DNA from: Phycisphaerales bacterium UBA5793
GTDB taxonomy: Bacteria > Planctomycetota > Phycisphaerae > Phycisphaerales > UBA5793
Length of the DNA stretch: 64,000 bases
Direction of reading: 5' to 3'
Assembly: GCA_002418285.1 (NCBI GenBank)
Contig: DIDT01000037.1
Span: forward strand, 37,491 to 101,490
This document shows, one piece after another, positions 1 through 8,763 of this stretch. Under the pieces are notes generated by a model. That model ran no database searches, was not told the origin of the DNA, and worked only from the letters and a program-made list of their open reading frames with translations. A program made the position numbers and the translations under genes. Every line of letters begins with the position of its first letter. Position 1 is the first letter of the stretch.

Positions 1-72
1 GCGCGCCACCCGCGGGCGGACCATCTCAGCTGTCGCGTCGATGCCCGTGCGCAGAATGCACCTCCCGCTCAA

Positions 73-603
73 TCAGATTCCGCTTCCGCCGCTTCCGGAT
101 TCGGTGTCGGACTCGTCGCTCGACTCATCAAGTTTGATGTCGTCGGCCGTACCCTCTTCGCCGTCCTTGCCGTTGGACCAGAGTTCGTACTTGCGGCCAT
201 CGGTTTCCTCACCGGCGCCGCTGGTCTCCGGATCAACCGGGCGATAGCCGTACTCGTGGCCCCAGCGGTCCTTGAGATTCTTCTTGCCCTGGGCAAAGTA
301 GTTGCCCATGTGCTTGCTCTGCTCGTTCTCATCTTCGAGCTTCGTCTTATCCCAGAGGACGGCGATGCCCTCGTCCTCGGTCGGGTAGCGGCCCATGTCG
401 AGGTAGAACTGCTCGAGCGCCGATTCGATCATGCGCAGCTGCACCCGCTCGGTGTCTTCGAGCGCCTTGTCACGACGAGGCATGAGGTTGACGGCCACGA
501 TGGCGCCGATCGCCAGCACGATCACAAGAACGATCAGGACTTCGATGAGTGTGAAGCCCGCGGCGCGGCGACGGGTGTGGCGAGACGGGGAACATTCAAC
601 CAT
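73..603 (-). CDS. gspG: Type II secretion system major pseudopilin (GspG family)
   Basis: ORF 73..687(-). I place the start at the internal ATG at 603, which has an 'AAGGAG' SD about 7 nt upstream on the coding strand. The N-terminus 'RRRAAG|FTLIEVLIVLVIV' is a prepilin class III signal (G-1, F+1, E+5). 'ALEQFYLDMGRYPTEDEGIAVL', 'DRWGHEYGY' and 'SNGKDGEEGTADDI' fit the GspG pattern. There is an unusual acidic Ser/Gly tail. Confidence 0.85.
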   Translation of the reverse strand: MVECSPSRHTRRRAAGFTLIEVLIVLVIVLAIGAIVAVNLMPRRDKALEDTERVQLRMIESALEQFYLDMGRYPTEDEGIAVLWDKTKLEDENEQSKHMGNYFAQGKKNLKDRWGHEYGYRPVDPETSGAGEETDGRKYELWSNGKDGEEGTADDIKLDESSDESDTESGSGGSGI

Positions 604-714
604 GGCACTCTCCTTGCACTCAATGGGGCGTGGCGGCGTCAGGTCGATTATACCGACCGGACCCGTTCCGGATTTCACGCCCCCCACTTGTTACAGACCA
701 CGCTCACGAAATCC

Positions 715-1908
715 TTATCCGCCCGCCTGCGCACTGAGCAGCACGAGCGGCACGACCAGCGCCAGAATGATGAACAGCAGCGTCGCGCCCAGCAACAGCA
801 GCAGCAGCGGCTCCAGCAGACGGACGGCGGTGCTCAGCAGGCGATCCACTCGCGATTCGATCGTTTCGGCGATGGAAACGAGCACCTCTTCGAGGTTGTT
901 GGCTGATTCACCAATTCGGATCACCTCAATAACATCCTCCTCGAACAGGCCGCTCGCGGCAAGCGGCTCGGCGAGCGTCTCACCCGACTGCACCGATCGT
1001 GTGGCTGTTTCAATAGCCTCGATCATCACGGCATTGCCGGTCGCCTCTTTGCTGATCGTCATCGCCTGCAGCATGGGAATGCCGTTGGCCAGCAGCGTGC
1101 CGAGGATGCGGCAGAATCGCGCCACGGCCGTGCTCGAGATGAGCGGCCCGATGATCCACAGGCGCAGCGACTGGCGCGAGGCCCACTCGCGGAATTCACG
1201 CTGCTGCCGCGCCCACAACACAAAGCCCGCAAGCACCGCTGCGGCGACCAGCACGACCCAGCCGTGCTCGGTGAGCAGATCGCTGGCTCCCATGACGATG
1301 CGCGTGGGCAGGGGGAGCGTTCCAATGCCCTCCAGCATTGATCGAAACTTGGGCACGAAGATGATCATCACCGAGACGACCACGATTGTGCCGACTACAA
1401 CGAGCACGATGGGATAGATCATCGAGCTGAGAATCGTCGATCGCAACTCCGCCTGTCGATGCAGGAACATGGACAGGCGTTTGAGCACTTCTTCGAGGAA
1501 CCCGCCGCGCTCGCCGGCCCGGACCATGGCAATGTGAATCGTCGGAAACGTGCGCGGGTGTTTGGACATCGACTCGGCGAGTCCTTCGCCATCGGCGACG
1601 TCCTCGGCGATGCGGCCGACGACCGCGCCGAGTTTCGGATTGCTCTTGCTGCGGGCAAGCAGCTGCAGCGCCCGGAGAATCGGTACGCCGCTGTGAAGCA
1701 GTTCCCCGAGTTGACGGTAGAATGTGGACATCGCGCGGATGGAGACGCGCACACCCTTCTCCGAAACGCCCGTCTGCTCGCGCACCGAAACGGGAACGAG
1801 CGATTTGGATTCGAGTTCCGAGACAACGGACTGCGTGCTGTGGCCGGCCAACTGCCCCACGACCCGCTCGCCCGATGTTTTCTTCGCAACGTACTCGAAG
1901 ACCGGCAT
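715..1908 (-). CDS. gspF: Type II secretion / type IV pilus inner-membrane platform protein (GspF/PilC family)
   Basis: 397 aa. It shows the duplicated GspF-type cytoplasmic domain plus TM pattern ('FYRQLGELLHSGVPILRALQLL', 'FCRILGTLLANGIPMLQAM', C-terminal TM 'LLEPLLLLLLGATLLFIILALVVPL'). It lies directly upstream of gspG on the same strand. Confidence 0.8.
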   Translation of the reverse strand: MPVFEYVAKKTSGERVVGQLAGHSTQSVVSELESKSLVPVSVREQTGVSEKGVRVSIRAMSTFYRQLGELLHSGVPILRALQLLARSKSNPKLGAVVGRIAEDVADGEGLAESMSKHPRTFPTIHIAMVRAGERGGFLEEVLKRLSMFLHRQAELRSTILSSMIYPIVLVVVGTIVVVSVMIIFVPKFRSMLEGIGTLPLPTRIVMGASDLLTEHGWVVLVAAAVLAGFVLWARQQREFREWASRQSLRLWIIGPLISSTAVARFCRILGTLLANGIPMLQAMTISKEATGNAVMIEAIETATRSVQSGETLAEPLAASGLFEEDVIEVIRIGESANNLEEVLVSIAETIESRVDRLLSTAVRLLEPLLLLLLGATLLFIILALVVPLVLLSAQAGG

Positions 1909-1971
1909 GGGAAACCTTAGGCGTCATCGCCTCGGGCATCGTTCGCCTCCAACCCCGCGGGACCGCAAGCG

Positions 1972-2787
1972 ATGCCGCTGAACGTCTACCATTCACCGAT
2001 GCTGTCACTCACCCGCACCGTCCGCTTTTGCATTGGGCAGCCCGGCGAGACGGTGGAGGAGTCCGCCTCGCCGCGCCGCAACACCTTTGCCGCCTGGCCC
2101 AGCATGCGGGGCCTGGGCCGCTACTACGAGATCGACGTGCAGTGCGCGGGTGCCGCCGACCCAACCACCGGCTACTTTCGCAACATCCGCGAGATCGACG
2201 AGGCCGTGCGCCACGGCGCGGTCCCATTGATCCGCAGCGCCATCCATGAGAATCCGACGACCGAACCATGGTCGCTGGCCGCTCCCCTGTTCGAAGCCGT
2301 AAACACCCGGCTCGACGGCTCCGTGCAGCGCGTGATGTGGCGACTCACTCCCTTCTACAGCGTTTCGATGGAGGCTGATTCCATGCCGCAGTGTGTGATA
2401 CGCCAGCAGTTCGAGTTTGCCGCATCGCATCGGCTTGATTGCGAGACACTCTCGCCCGAGGAGAACCGCCGCATCTTCGGCAAGTGCAACAACGAAGCCG
2501 GCCACGGGCACAACTACCGCGTCGAGGTCGCCGTGGCCATCGATCCGATGGCGCCGTTCAGTCTTCCCATGCTCGAGGGAGTCGTGAATCGCACGCTGAT
2601 TGAGCGCTTTGACCACAAGAATCTCAACGTCGATTGCGTCGAGTTCGCCGATCTGAATCCCAGTGTGGAGAACATCGCGCGCGTCTCGCACGACCTGCTC
2701 AAGCCGGATCTGGCGGATTCGGGCCTCACGCTACGGTACGTCACCGTGTGGGAGACGGAAAAGACCAGTTGCACGTATCCGGGGTAG
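1972..2787 (+). CDS. 6-carboxytetrahydropterin / 6-pyruvoyl-tetrahydropterin synthase family protein (QueD-like), apparent tandem PTPS fold
   Basis: The C-terminal half has the PTPS/QueD signature 'FEFAASHRL...GKCNNEAGHGHNYRVEVAV...FDHKNLN' (Zn-binding His residues). The N-terminal about 120 aa look like a second, His-less PTPS-like half ('YYEIDVQCAGAADPTTGYFRNIREIDEAV'). The start is uncertain (ATG 1972 or the downstream Met). Confidence 0.7.
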   Translation: MPLNVYHSPMLSLTRTVRFCIGQPGETVEESASPRRNTFAAWPSMRGLGRYYEIDVQCAGAADPTTGYFRNIREIDEAVRHGAVPLIRSAIHENPTTEPWSLAAPLFEAVNTRLDGSVQRVMWRLTPFYSVSMEADSMPQCVIRQQFEFAASHRLDCETLSPEENRRIFGKCNNEAGHGHNYRVEVAVAIDPMAPFSLPMLEGVVNRTLIERFDHKNLNVDCVEFADLNPSVENIARVSHDLLKPDLADSGLTLRYVTVWETEKTSCTYPG

Positions 2788-2796
2788 CACATCAAC

Positions 2797-5700
2797 TTGC
2801 CGCTGATTCGAATCGAACATCCCGAAGCCCTCTGGCTATTGCTGCTGGCGATTCCCTTCGCCACGGCGGGGTGGTGGCTGCTGTCATCGTCCGATCGATT
2901 TCGCAAGGGCTTCATCGTGGCGATGCGCGTCTTGGTCTTCGTCTTGCTCGTGCTGGTGCTCGCAGGCTTGTCGCGCGAAGAGAAGCACGATCAACTCACC
3001 GTGATCGGGCTGGCCGACATCAGCGGTTCCGTGCGGCACTTTGCCCAGTTCCCGCCGATCGCCAAGGATGCCGCTCCGGACAATCTTGCCTACATCCGCA
3101 AGTGGTTTCGCGACGCCACGCAGCAACGCCGCCCCGGTGATCGGTTCGGCCTGATCGTCTTTGATGGAGCGGCCCGGGCCGTCACCGCCCCCACCATCGC
3201 CACGCAATACCAGGATCATCCCTTCGACATCGTACAGCGCGAGGGCACGAACCTCGCGCAGGCCATTGAGTTCGGCCTGGCAATGTTCCCGCCCGACTCG
3301 GCACGCCGGCTGGTGCTCTTCACGGATGGGGTCGAAACGGCCGGCTCGGCGCTGTCAGCGGCAATGGACGCGGCGGGCGTCACGGCGGGTAATCGCGGCG
3401 TGCCCATCGACGTCGTCCCCGTAGCCTATCGCGTCAGTTCAGAAATCCAGATTGATCGCGTCGAGGTACCCGCCAACGCGCGACCCGGCCAGCGCATCAC
3501 GGCCCGCATAGTGATCCAATCCACCGTCGCCACCTCCGGTCGACTTGATCTCACACTCGAGGGGGAGCCGCTCGATCTCAATGGGCGCGAGCCGGGCCGT
3601 TCGCGCCAGGTGCAACTCAAGCCCGGCACGAACGTGGAACTCGTCGAAGTCGAACTCGCCCCGACCGCGGTGAATCGTTTCCAGGCGACCTTCTCACCGG
3701 ATGATCCTTCGCGCGACACGATGCTCGAAAACAACGTCGCAGAGGCATTCACCGTCACACCCCAGCAGGGCGCCGTTCTCGTCGTCAACAACGTGTACAA
3801 CGGCGACGGCACAATCCTGCCCAAAGTGCTCGAAGAAGCCGGTCTGACAGTCAAGACGGTCGGTCCGCGCGACCTGCCCGACAACCCCGTCGAGTTGCAG
3901 GCCTACGACCTGATCATTCTCGAGAATGTCCCCGCCGAAGAAGTGCCGGCCGAGCAGCAGCAGCAACTCGCGCAGTACGTGCAGGATTTTGGCGGCGGAC
4001 TGATCATGGTCGGCGGTTATGACAGCTTCGGCGCCGGCGGATGGATCGACACGCCGCTGGATCCGCTCATTCCCGTAAACATGCACATCCCCGACGAATT
4101 GCGCGTGCCCACTGCGGCGATCGCCATTGTGCTCGACCGTTCCGGCTCGATGAACGATGCCGGCGGGCCCGGGCAGACCAAGCAGGAAGTCGCCAATGAG
4201 GGCGCAGCCGTGGCGATCGGTACGCTCGACCGCATGGACTACGTGACCGTCATTGCCTTCAGCAGCGGCCCGAGCACTATCGTGCCCATTCGGCGCGTTG
4301 GAGACGCCAAGGATATTGCAAAGAAAGTTCGGGGCATCGGTGGCGACGGCGGCACCAACATGGGGCCGGCACTGCGTCAGGCGGAACAATCGCTCAAGTC
4401 GGTCGAGGCGGATATCAAGCACGTGATCTGCCTCACTGACGGACGCAGCATGCCCGACGATTTCATCGGGATTGCGCGTTCCATGCGGAGCAACGGCATC
4501 ACACTCAGCACGATTGCCGTGGGCCAGGACATCGACGGACCCCTGCTCAGCCAGATGGCGACGGAAGGAGGCGGCGAGTTCTATGCCGTAATCAATCCGC
4601 GCGTCCTGCCGCGCATCTTTGTGAAAGAGATTCGCGTCGTACGTCGGCCGCTGATCCGAGAAATCCCCTTCACGCCATTCGTCGAACCAACCGGATCACC
4701 GTTGACCGAGGCGCTCAGTCGTCCGATTCCCCAGCTTGGCGGCCTCGTGCTGACCCAGCGGCGCGACAGTCCTGATGTGAACCTGCTCATGGTCGCGCCG
4801 GAGGGCCAGCCCATCCTTGCCCACTGGCAGGCGGGGCTCGGGCGCGTGGCGGCATTCACCTCCGACGCACACGATCGCTGGGCGCGCGAGTGGATCGACT
4901 GGCCGGGCTATCGCCAACTCTGGACCGGCCTGGCCCGCACCATCGCGCGCCCGGCCGGCAGCAGCAACTTTGAACTGATGACCACTTTCGACGGCGATCA
5001 ACTCGTCGTCACGCTGCGCCACATGGACTCGGAAGAAGACAAGTCCGAGCAGCCTTCACCGACCATGGTGTCGGTTCCGGGCGTCGCCTACATGCCCCAC
5101 GGCCAACGCGTTGAACTTCGTTTGAGACCGACTGGCCCGGGAACATATGCCACCCGCCTGCCCGCCGAAGACAGTGGGCACTACGTTGTCGCGCTGACGC
5201 CCAGGCTGGCCGGTGGCGCGGTTGATCTGGTCATCGGCGGCGTAAGCCGGAGTTCTGGTGTCGAGTATCGCCGCCTCGTGAGCAACATGGCGCTGCTTCA
5301 GGAGATCGCCGACCGCACTGGCGGGCGACTGCTCGACTGGAAGACCCCGGCCGAAGCGAATCTCTTTGATCGCAAGGAGATTCCGCCAAGTGTCGGGCTT
5401 GTACCGATGTGGGGCCCGCTGCTGATTCTGGCGACGCTGCTTTTCGTGATGGACGTGGCCTCGCGGCGCATCGCCTGGAGCACACCGGCAATCGTCAATG
5501 CCGTCCGCAAAGCTCGGGCCAGCGTGGGCATGGGCCGCATGGTGGACACTGGCAAAGGCAGCGCGATCGGTTCCCTGCGACGCGCCGTCGACACCATTGA
5601 AGAGCGCCTCACTTCCGAGCGGGAAACGCTGAGCCAGCGCGATCGGCAGCGCGCCAACGCCGGTTCATCCCACGACGCAGAGTCGATCGCAACAGCCGTG

Positions 5701-5940
5701 CCGCAACCCGCGGCCCAGCCGACGCAGGAAGAGCTCGACAACGCCGAACGGGAACGCGAGGCGCAACGACGGGCGATCGCCGAAAAGCGCCGCGAGGCGC
5801 TTGCGGCAATCAAGGGCCGCACAAAGCGTCCCGACACCTCCACCACCCCCGAACCAACGGAAGACATCCCGGCCTCACAACGCACATCGCGCAAGCTCGC
5901 CGATCGGATGCGCAAGCGGCGCGAGGAAGAACGCGAGTAA
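2797..5940 (+). CDS. Large membrane protein with BatA-like N-terminus and two von Willebrand factor A domains
   Basis: 1047 aa with a TTG start. It has N-terminal TM helices ('EALWLLLLAIPFATAGWWLL', 'VLVFVLLVLVLAGL'). Two VWA/MIDAS-like segments are present ('VIGLADISGSV...LFTDGVET' and 'IAIVLDRSGSM...VICLTDGRS'). There is a late TM ('LLILATLLFVMDV') and a highly charged Arg/Glu C-terminal tail. Confidence 0.75.
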   Translation: MPLIRIEHPEALWLLLLAIPFATAGWWLLSSSDRFRKGFIVAMRVLVFVLLVLVLAGLSREEKHDQLTVIGLADISGSVRHFAQFPPIAKDAAPDNLAYIRKWFRDATQQRRPGDRFGLIVFDGAARAVTAPTIATQYQDHPFDIVQREGTNLAQAIEFGLAMFPPDSARRLVLFTDGVETAGSALSAAMDAAGVTAGNRGVPIDVVPVAYRVSSEIQIDRVEVPANARPGQRITARIVIQSTVATSGRLDLTLEGEPLDLNGREPGRSRQVQLKPGTNVELVEVELAPTAVNRFQATFSPDDPSRDTMLENNVAEAFTVTPQQGAVLVVNNVYNGDGTILPKVLEEAGLTVKTVGPRDLPDNPVELQAYDLIILENVPAEEVPAEQQQQLAQYVQDFGGGLIMVGGYDSFGAGGWIDTPLDPLIPVNMHIPDELRVPTAAIAIVLDRSGSMNDAGGPGQTKQEVANEGAAVAIGTLDRMDYVTVIAFSSGPSTIVPIRRVGDAKDIAKKVRGIGGDGGTNMGPALRQAEQSLKSVEADIKHVICLTDGRSMPDDFIGIARSMRSNGITLSTIAVGQDIDGPLLSQMATEGGGEFYAVINPRVLPRIFVKEIRVVRRPLIREIPFTPFVEPTGSPLTEALSRPIPQLGGLVLTQRRDSPDVNLLMVAPEGQPILAHWQAGLGRVAAFTSDAHDRWAREWIDWPGYRQLWTGLARTIARPAGSSNFELMTTFDGDQLVVTLRHMDSEEDKSEQPSPTMVSVPGVAYMPHGQRVELRLRPTGPGTYATRLPAEDSGHYVVALTPRLAGGAVDLVIGGVSRSSGVEYRRLVSNMALLQEIADRTGGRLLDWKTPAEANLFDRKEIPPSVGLVPMWGPLLILATLLFVMDVASRRIAWSTPAIVNAVRKARASVGMGRMVDTGKGSAIGSLRRAVDTIEERLTSERETLSQRDRQRANAGSSHDAESIATAVPQPAAQPTQEELDNAEREREAQRRAIAEKRREALAAIKGRTKRPDTSTTPEPTEDIPASQRTSRKLADRMRKRREEERE

Positions 5941-5948
5941 TTCGACTC

Positions 5949-7901
5949 CTATTCCTGCTCATCGGCCCGGCGCGACCACTCAAACTCGAGCGGTTCGAGT
6001 TCAGCGGTCAGAGCCATCCGCTCATCGCTGAGTTTCTTTGCCTTTCGGCCGTCGGAGTGAACGCGACCATCCATCAGTGATTCATCGATGGCGCGGATGC
6101 GGTTCTCGATCTCCTCGATGCGGGATTCGAGTTTGGACATGCTCAGTTTCGAGAGCGCCCCGCCAGGCGTCGGCGCCTTCTCGACCTTCTTCGCTTTCGG
6201 AGCGGGCGCCGCGGGGGTCGCCCGCCTGCGTTCCGCTTCTTGCGCTCGCAATGCAGTGGCCTCGCGTTCACGCAGTTCCCGCCATGCCGTGTAGTTGCCG
6301 GTGACCTGTCGTGCCTCGCCGTGGCCGTCGAGCGCGATGATGCGATCGACGCAGGCGTCGAGCAGGGCGCGGTCGTGGCTGATGAGCAGCATGGTGCCAT
6401 CGAAACCGGTCTCAGGATTCAGCGCCTGTTCGAGCCGCTCGGATGAGGGAATATCAAAGTGATTCGTCGGCTCATCGAGGATGAGTACGTTGTGTCCGCC
6501 CGCAACCAGCCCGGCCAGAATCACCCGGCTACGTTCGCCGCCGCTGAGCACGCGCAGCACCTTGTCCTGATCGCTGCCGCTGAAAAGGAAGGCTCCCGCG
6601 AGATCGCGCGCCTGCTGCTCGCTGGCGCGCCGACCGCCGTCGATCGAGAGAATCACCGACTGCAGATACTCCCAGACCGTCAGACTCAGATCGAGCCCTT
6701 CGTGCAACTGACTGAAGTGCCCCACGCTCACGTTGGAACCGACGCGAACCTTGCCCGAATCCGCCGTCATCTCGCCGATGAGACACTTGGCCAGCGTCGA
6801 CTTTCCGCTGCCGTTGGGGCCGATGATGCCGATGCGCTCGCCCCGACTGACCGACAGTTCAAGATCATGAAACAGCACGCGGCCGTCGTATTGCTTTGAG
6901 AGCCCATCGGCGCTCAGGACCATGTCACCAGTGCGCGGCGCCTTGGGCAGGTTGAGCCGCATGACGTCCATCTCCATGGGCCGGTCGACGGTTTCGTTGT
7001 CGATATAGCGCTCCAGGCGCGAAAGGCGCCCCTGCGCCTGCTTGGCACGCTGGCCGGCGCGATAGCGATCGATGAACTTCTGCTCACTGCGAATTCGATC
7101 CTGCTGTTTTTCATAGATGCGCTGCTCAACCACCTTTCGCTCGGCCCGCAATTCGCGAAACTTCGCGTAGTTGCCCGGGTACGTCGACACCCGGCCGGGT
7201 TCGAGTTCCACGATGCGATGGACCACGCGATCGAGCAGGTAGCGATCGTGACTGACGAGAATGACCGTTCCCTTGAATTCGCTGGCGAGAAAGTTCTCGA
7301 GCCACTGCCGCCCGTCGATATCGAGGTGATTGGTCGGCTCATCGAGCAGCAACAGATCGGGGTTCTCCAGCAGCAGCTTGGCCAGCGAAACGCGCGAGCG
7401 CTGCCCACCGGACAGCGCCGTCACCGGCAGATCGAACTGTTCGTCAACAAAGCCGAGACCGTGCAGCGTTTCCTTGATCCGGTGCTCCACGGCGTATCCG
7501 CCAAGATGCTGCATTTCGCCTTCGAGGCGCTCGTATCGCTTCATGATGCGATCGAGTTCGTCGCCCGTAGCCTCGCCCATCTTCGTTGCGAGTTCGTGCA
7601 TCTGTTCGTGCGCTGCGTGCAGCTCGGCAAAAGCGCTCTCCGCCACGTCAAAGAGCGTCATGTTCGCATCGAATTTCGGATCCTGCGCGAGATAGCCCAT
7701 GCGCGTGCCTCGCTGCACGATGGCCTCGCCGCTTTCGGCTATGTACTCGCCGGCAATGAGGCGCAGCAGTGTCGATTTACCGGTGCCGTTGCGCCCCACC
7801 AGCCCGATGCGCTCGCCCGGCTCGACGGAAAACGTGACGTTATCAAGCACCCGGCGGATGCCGATCGAATACACCACATTGGTCAACGCCAGAAGGGGCA
7901 T
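5949..7901 (-). CDS. ABC-F family ATPase (two ABC cassettes, no TM domain, coiled-coil C-terminal extension; Uup/YheS-like)
   Basis: 650 aa with two Walker A motifs ('GRNGTGKST', 'GPNGSGKST'). Two ABC signatures ('LSGGQRSRV', 'LSGGERSRV') and two Walker B motifs ('LLLLDEPTNHLD', 'VLILDEPTNHFD') are present. There is an inter-domain linker, a charged coiled-coil tail and no membrane domain. Confidence 0.9.
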   Translation of the reverse strand: MPLLALTNVVYSIGIRRVLDNVTFSVEPGERIGLVGRNGTGKSTLLRLIAGEYIAESGEAIVQRGTRMGYLAQDPKFDANMTLFDVAESAFAELHAAHEQMHELATKMGEATGDELDRIMKRYERLEGEMQHLGGYAVEHRIKETLHGLGFVDEQFDLPVTALSGGQRSRVSLAKLLLENPDLLLLDEPTNHLDIDGRQWLENFLASEFKGTVILVSHDRYLLDRVVHRIVELEPGRVSTYPGNYAKFRELRAERKVVEQRIYEKQQDRIRSEQKFIDRYRAGQRAKQAQGRLSRLERYIDNETVDRPMEMDVMRLNLPKAPRTGDMVLSADGLSKQYDGRVLFHDLELSVSRGERIGIIGPNGSGKSTLAKCLIGEMTADSGKVRVGSNVSVGHFSQLHEGLDLSLTVWEYLQSVILSIDGGRRASEQQARDLAGAFLFSGSDQDKVLRVLSGGERSRVILAGLVAGGHNVLILDEPTNHFDIPSSERLEQALNPETGFDGTMLLISHDRALLDACVDRIIALDGHGEARQVTGNYTAWRELREREATALRAQEAERRRATPAAPAPKAKKVEKAPTPGGALSKLSMSKLESRIEEIENRIRAIDESLMDGRVHSDGRKAKKLSDERMALTAELEPLEFEWSRRADEQE

Positions 7902-7959
7902 GACGTGATCTCAGCCAATCGGGAATGAATGAAGCACACGGACTCTGGCGCCTCGCCAA

Positions 7960-8517
7960 TCACATCGGTTTGTCGCCGATGGTCTGGTCGAAGACTTCGA
8001 GCAGCTTGGACTTGTCGAAGATCATCTCCGGCCGCGACGTGCCGACAATCGCGTATTGCGGCGTGAGTTCGATCGCATCCACCGGGCACGCCTCCTCGCA
8101 CATGCCGCAGTAGATGCACCGCAATTCGTCGATGTCGAACTGCTTGGGGTACTTCTCGCGATCATCCCAGGGCGATTCCTCAGCGACGATGTGAATGCAG
8201 TGTGCCGGGCACGCCGTCGAGCACATGAAGCACGCCACGCATTTGACGCGGCCATCCTCATCTTTGTTTAGTCGATGCACGCCGCGGAAGTTGCCGGGGT
8301 AGATGCCCCCGTCGAGAACGTCGTGATCTTCTCGCCGATCCTCGGGGTATTGCAGCACACGGTCGTGGTAGGCGCCCTTGCCGTCGCGCCCGATATTGCC
8401 GAGCATGTGGCGCAGCGTGACGCCAAGCCCCTTGAACACCGCCGGCAGAAACGCCGCTTCGAATCGCCCCAGAGGCGGCGGCGTCAGGACTACTACATCT
8501 TCATCGCGTAGTGGCAT
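7960..8517 (-). CDS. nuoI: NADH-quinone oxidoreductase subunit I-like 2x[4Fe-4S] ferredoxin
   Basis: 185 aa with two CxxCxxCxxxCP motifs ('CVACFMCSTACPAHCI', 'CIYCGMCEEACPVDAIELT'). The NuoI-type spacing is present, with 'FDIDELRC' between the motifs. No other nuo genes are in the window. Confidence 0.75.
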   Translation of the reverse strand: MPLRDEDVVVLTPPPLGRFEAAFLPAVFKGLGVTLRHMLGNIGRDGKGAYHDRVLQYPEDRREDHDVLDGGIYPGNFRGVHRLNKDEDGRVKCVACFMCSTACPAHCIHIVAEESPWDDREKYPKQFDIDELRCIYCGMCEEACPVDAIELTPQYAIVGTSRPEMIFDKSKLLEVFDQTIGDKPM

Positions 8518-8763
8518 GGCGGTGAATTGTAGCGGACTGCCGGGCGGCGGCGAAAGGTCCGATTCCCCGATCCGGATTGACCCTTATCGGAAAAACGGCA
8601 ACGTGGCCATGGAATACGCCCGGCGCGGGGCGCATCTCTGAAGCAGACCCGCGACCATTGACAGGGTCGCCCAAACCGGATGGAAATTGACAGGCTCCGC
8701 AAAGCCGCGCGGAAGCGGCACGGTGATCCTGCGTCCGGATGGAACTGTGGAAAGGAGACCGTC

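Noticed and set aside
256-2008. Several long ORFs (256..906 +, 431..1417 +, 1196..2008 -, 1419..1889 -, 1459..1920 +)
   Set aside because: They overlap gspG/gspF in other frames or on the other strand. The gspG/gspF frames have diagnostic prepilin and GspF motifs.
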